Assembly (NCBI RefSeq): GCF_020745735.1
Contig: NC_083424.1
Span: 12,324,999-12,388,998, forward strand
DNA from: Hemiscyllium ocellatum
Taxonomy: Eukaryota
Length of the DNA: 64,000 bases
Direction of reading: 5' to 3'
Shown here: one piece after another, positions 62,198-64,000 of the stretch
Numbering within the stretch: position 1 is the first letter of the stretch
Layout: every line of letters starts with the position of its first letter
Notes under the pieces: model-generated
Told to the model about the DNA's origin: nothing
The model's database searches: none
What the model saw: only the letters and a program-made list of their open reading frames with translations
Made by a program: the position numbers and the translations under genes

Positions 62198-63208
62198 TGT
62201 TATGAAGATGTGGATGTACTGTACTCTTAAGAAAGTTAATAGCCAGTAGAACTACCTGATAGCACCAAGTGTTCTGAAAAAACAGGTTACATTTGGTTGA
62301 ACAACTGGATTAGCTGGTTGCCTGGAGACAAAAACAGATACAAAATCAGCCAATTGGTTTAAATTATACCATGAAAAATACCAAATTCCAGTCAACTTTG
62401 AATTTAGTATGTTGACAATCTTAAAGCCAATGACACAATCTGATGCTTTGGGGATATATGACCATGGAAAATTGAACAGTTGAGAGGAGAACTGCCAAAT
62501 ACCAGCTTGTAAAGACTGCCAGAAAAATAGCTCTGTTAAAGGTACCTTTTATTGATCGGTAACCTGTGAAGCAGAATCCCCAAGAAGAAGAAAAGAAGAC
62601 AGGAATACAGAGAAGACTAAAAGCTGCCCCGGCTTTGTTTTGTAAATCTTAATCAGGGGGTGTTATCAGACTAGTATTACAGAAGGGAAGATAAAAGCTA
62701 GGTTAGAGGAAGGAGTTGTAAATAGTTGTTTACGGCACAGGATAAATCTGTTCTGTATTGCTGGTTTAAATTAAGCAGGAGGGTTTACCCCATGTCGTAA
62801 CAGGTTGGGGGCTCATCATTGGGATTTGAACTGGTTTAGACAGATTTGAATAGATTTGGGGGTACATAAAATCCCAACAAATTTAAACACCTGCAGGTCA
62901 GTGTCCTAGATCTTTAAATAAAAGTTAGGAGAGAGAATTTGTTTCCTTTGGTAGCTTGTGGTTGATTAAAGTAAAAGTGAGAGAAATGGCTCTTAAAATT
63001 GCTAAAGAGGTTCTGGGATTTGAAAGTGATTCTTAAATTTGCCAAGAAAGTTTAGAAGTTTTAACCAGGGTTTAACCAAGGACAAAAGTAAATCTGAAAT
63101 TTTAAGGGAATTACTGAAACACTAAGGTGTGGTCCAAGGATTTATGGATAATGCTTGGTCAGACTAAACTGGTAGGCCGAGCTAGTGAAGGTATTTGCCG
63201 CATTATCA
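62198..63208 (+). mobile_element. Gypsy-type LTR retrotransposon 5' remnant (LTR 62198-62802, tRNA-Pro-like PBS, gag fragments) inserted in a CR1 fragment
   Basis: TGTTA...TAACA LTR; TGGGGGCTCATC..GGGATTTGAAC PBS from 62806; MALKIAKEVLG at 62986; MLGQTKLVGRASE.FAAL gag-like fragment. Confidence 0.7.
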
Positions 63209-63510
63209 GAATCACAGTGCGGAAACAGGCCATTTGACCCAACCAATCCACACCGCAGAGTATCCTACCCAAACCCACTCCCCTACCCCATTACTCTAGA
63301 TTTCCCTTAATGAACACACTTAACCTACACCTCCATGAACACTACAGGCAATTTAGCATGGCTAATCCACCTAACCTGCACATCTTTGGATTGTGGGAAC
63401 AAACTGGAGCACCTAGAGGAGACCTATACAGAGACTGGGAGAATATGCAAACTCCAGATGGGTCCCTGGCACTGAGGTAGCAGTGCTAACCACTGAGCCA
63501 CTGTGCAGCT
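63208..63510 (-). mobile_element. HE1/V-SINE-like SINE
   Basis: Reverse complement has the GTGGCTCAGTGGTTAGCACTGCT head and the ATCCAAAGATGTGCAGGTTAGGTGGATTAGCCATGCTAAATTGCC core. Confidence 0.75.
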
Positions 63511-64000
63511 GGGTTTTTTTTCTCCCTCCTTTTTCTATACCTACAGTTCCTCTCTCCTAATCTTCCTAAAGTATATGCAGGTATATATTGTTTACCGCTG
63601 TGACTCAGTTGAGACAGTTATTAAGGGCTCTCTCCACAAGTCAAAATGTCTTCTCTGGATCTGTTTGATCCAAACTGCCGACAGACAACAATCAAGGTCT
63701 TCAGGAAATTTGTTGGGAATTCCACAATTAGAGAATATTCTGGAATGGCAACAGGAAGCAGCAGCCTTTCCCTGAGGATTGGCTGTGAGTGTAGCAGGTT
63801 TATTTACTTGAAAATCCTGCTTTATGCCACCCATTGCCCCCCTCAGAGGCACGTTTCTCTCAAAGCAAGCCACGTTCTGTCCACTGTTCTCTGACAAGAA
63901 CACTGCCTCCCCCAACACTGCGCTCCTCTCCCTATCAACCAGTCCAGGCCATATACACACAGAGCTGCGTGCAGCCGGTTTCTGTGGAAATGCATTCAAG

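Overview
Eukaryotic vertebrate genomic DNA, most likely a shark or other cartilaginous fish (inferred from HE1/V-SINE-like and Deu-SINE-like SINEs and the CR1 and Penelope-like repeat families). It holds two tandem theta-class glutathione S-transferase genes on the + strand. Copy A has only exons 4-5 in the window (2103-3239). Copy B is complete (5 exons, 6957-16358, 226 aa). Both end in a PTS1-like ARL*. A complete 14-coding-exon CHEK2 gene lies on the - strand (58552 to 21233, 520 aa). At about 59.1-59.7 kb a CpG-rich divergent promoter with an RFX X-box precedes the first coding exon of an unidentified + strand gene (59872-60081). Introns are packed with decayed CR1 and Rex/Babar-like LINEs, SINEs, TA-flanked MITEs, Gypsy-type LTRs and Penelope-like elements (PLEs). 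The most striking non-obvious signal is a dispersed set of about 16 intact or degenerate minimal type I hammerhead ribozyme cores (CTGANGA-hairpin-GAAA-palindrome) from five PLE-related sequence families. They occur at PLE 3' ends, as TSD-flanked 100-125 bp mini-insertions, and as fold-back palindromes whose junctions map onto the ribozyme. Several lie in the sense orientation inside CHEK2 introns. Also seen are a probable gene-conversion tract between the GST paralogs, two short locally templated insertions and a chimeric PLE. All calls were made by eye; repeat boundaries are approximate unless a TSD or TIR is quoted.
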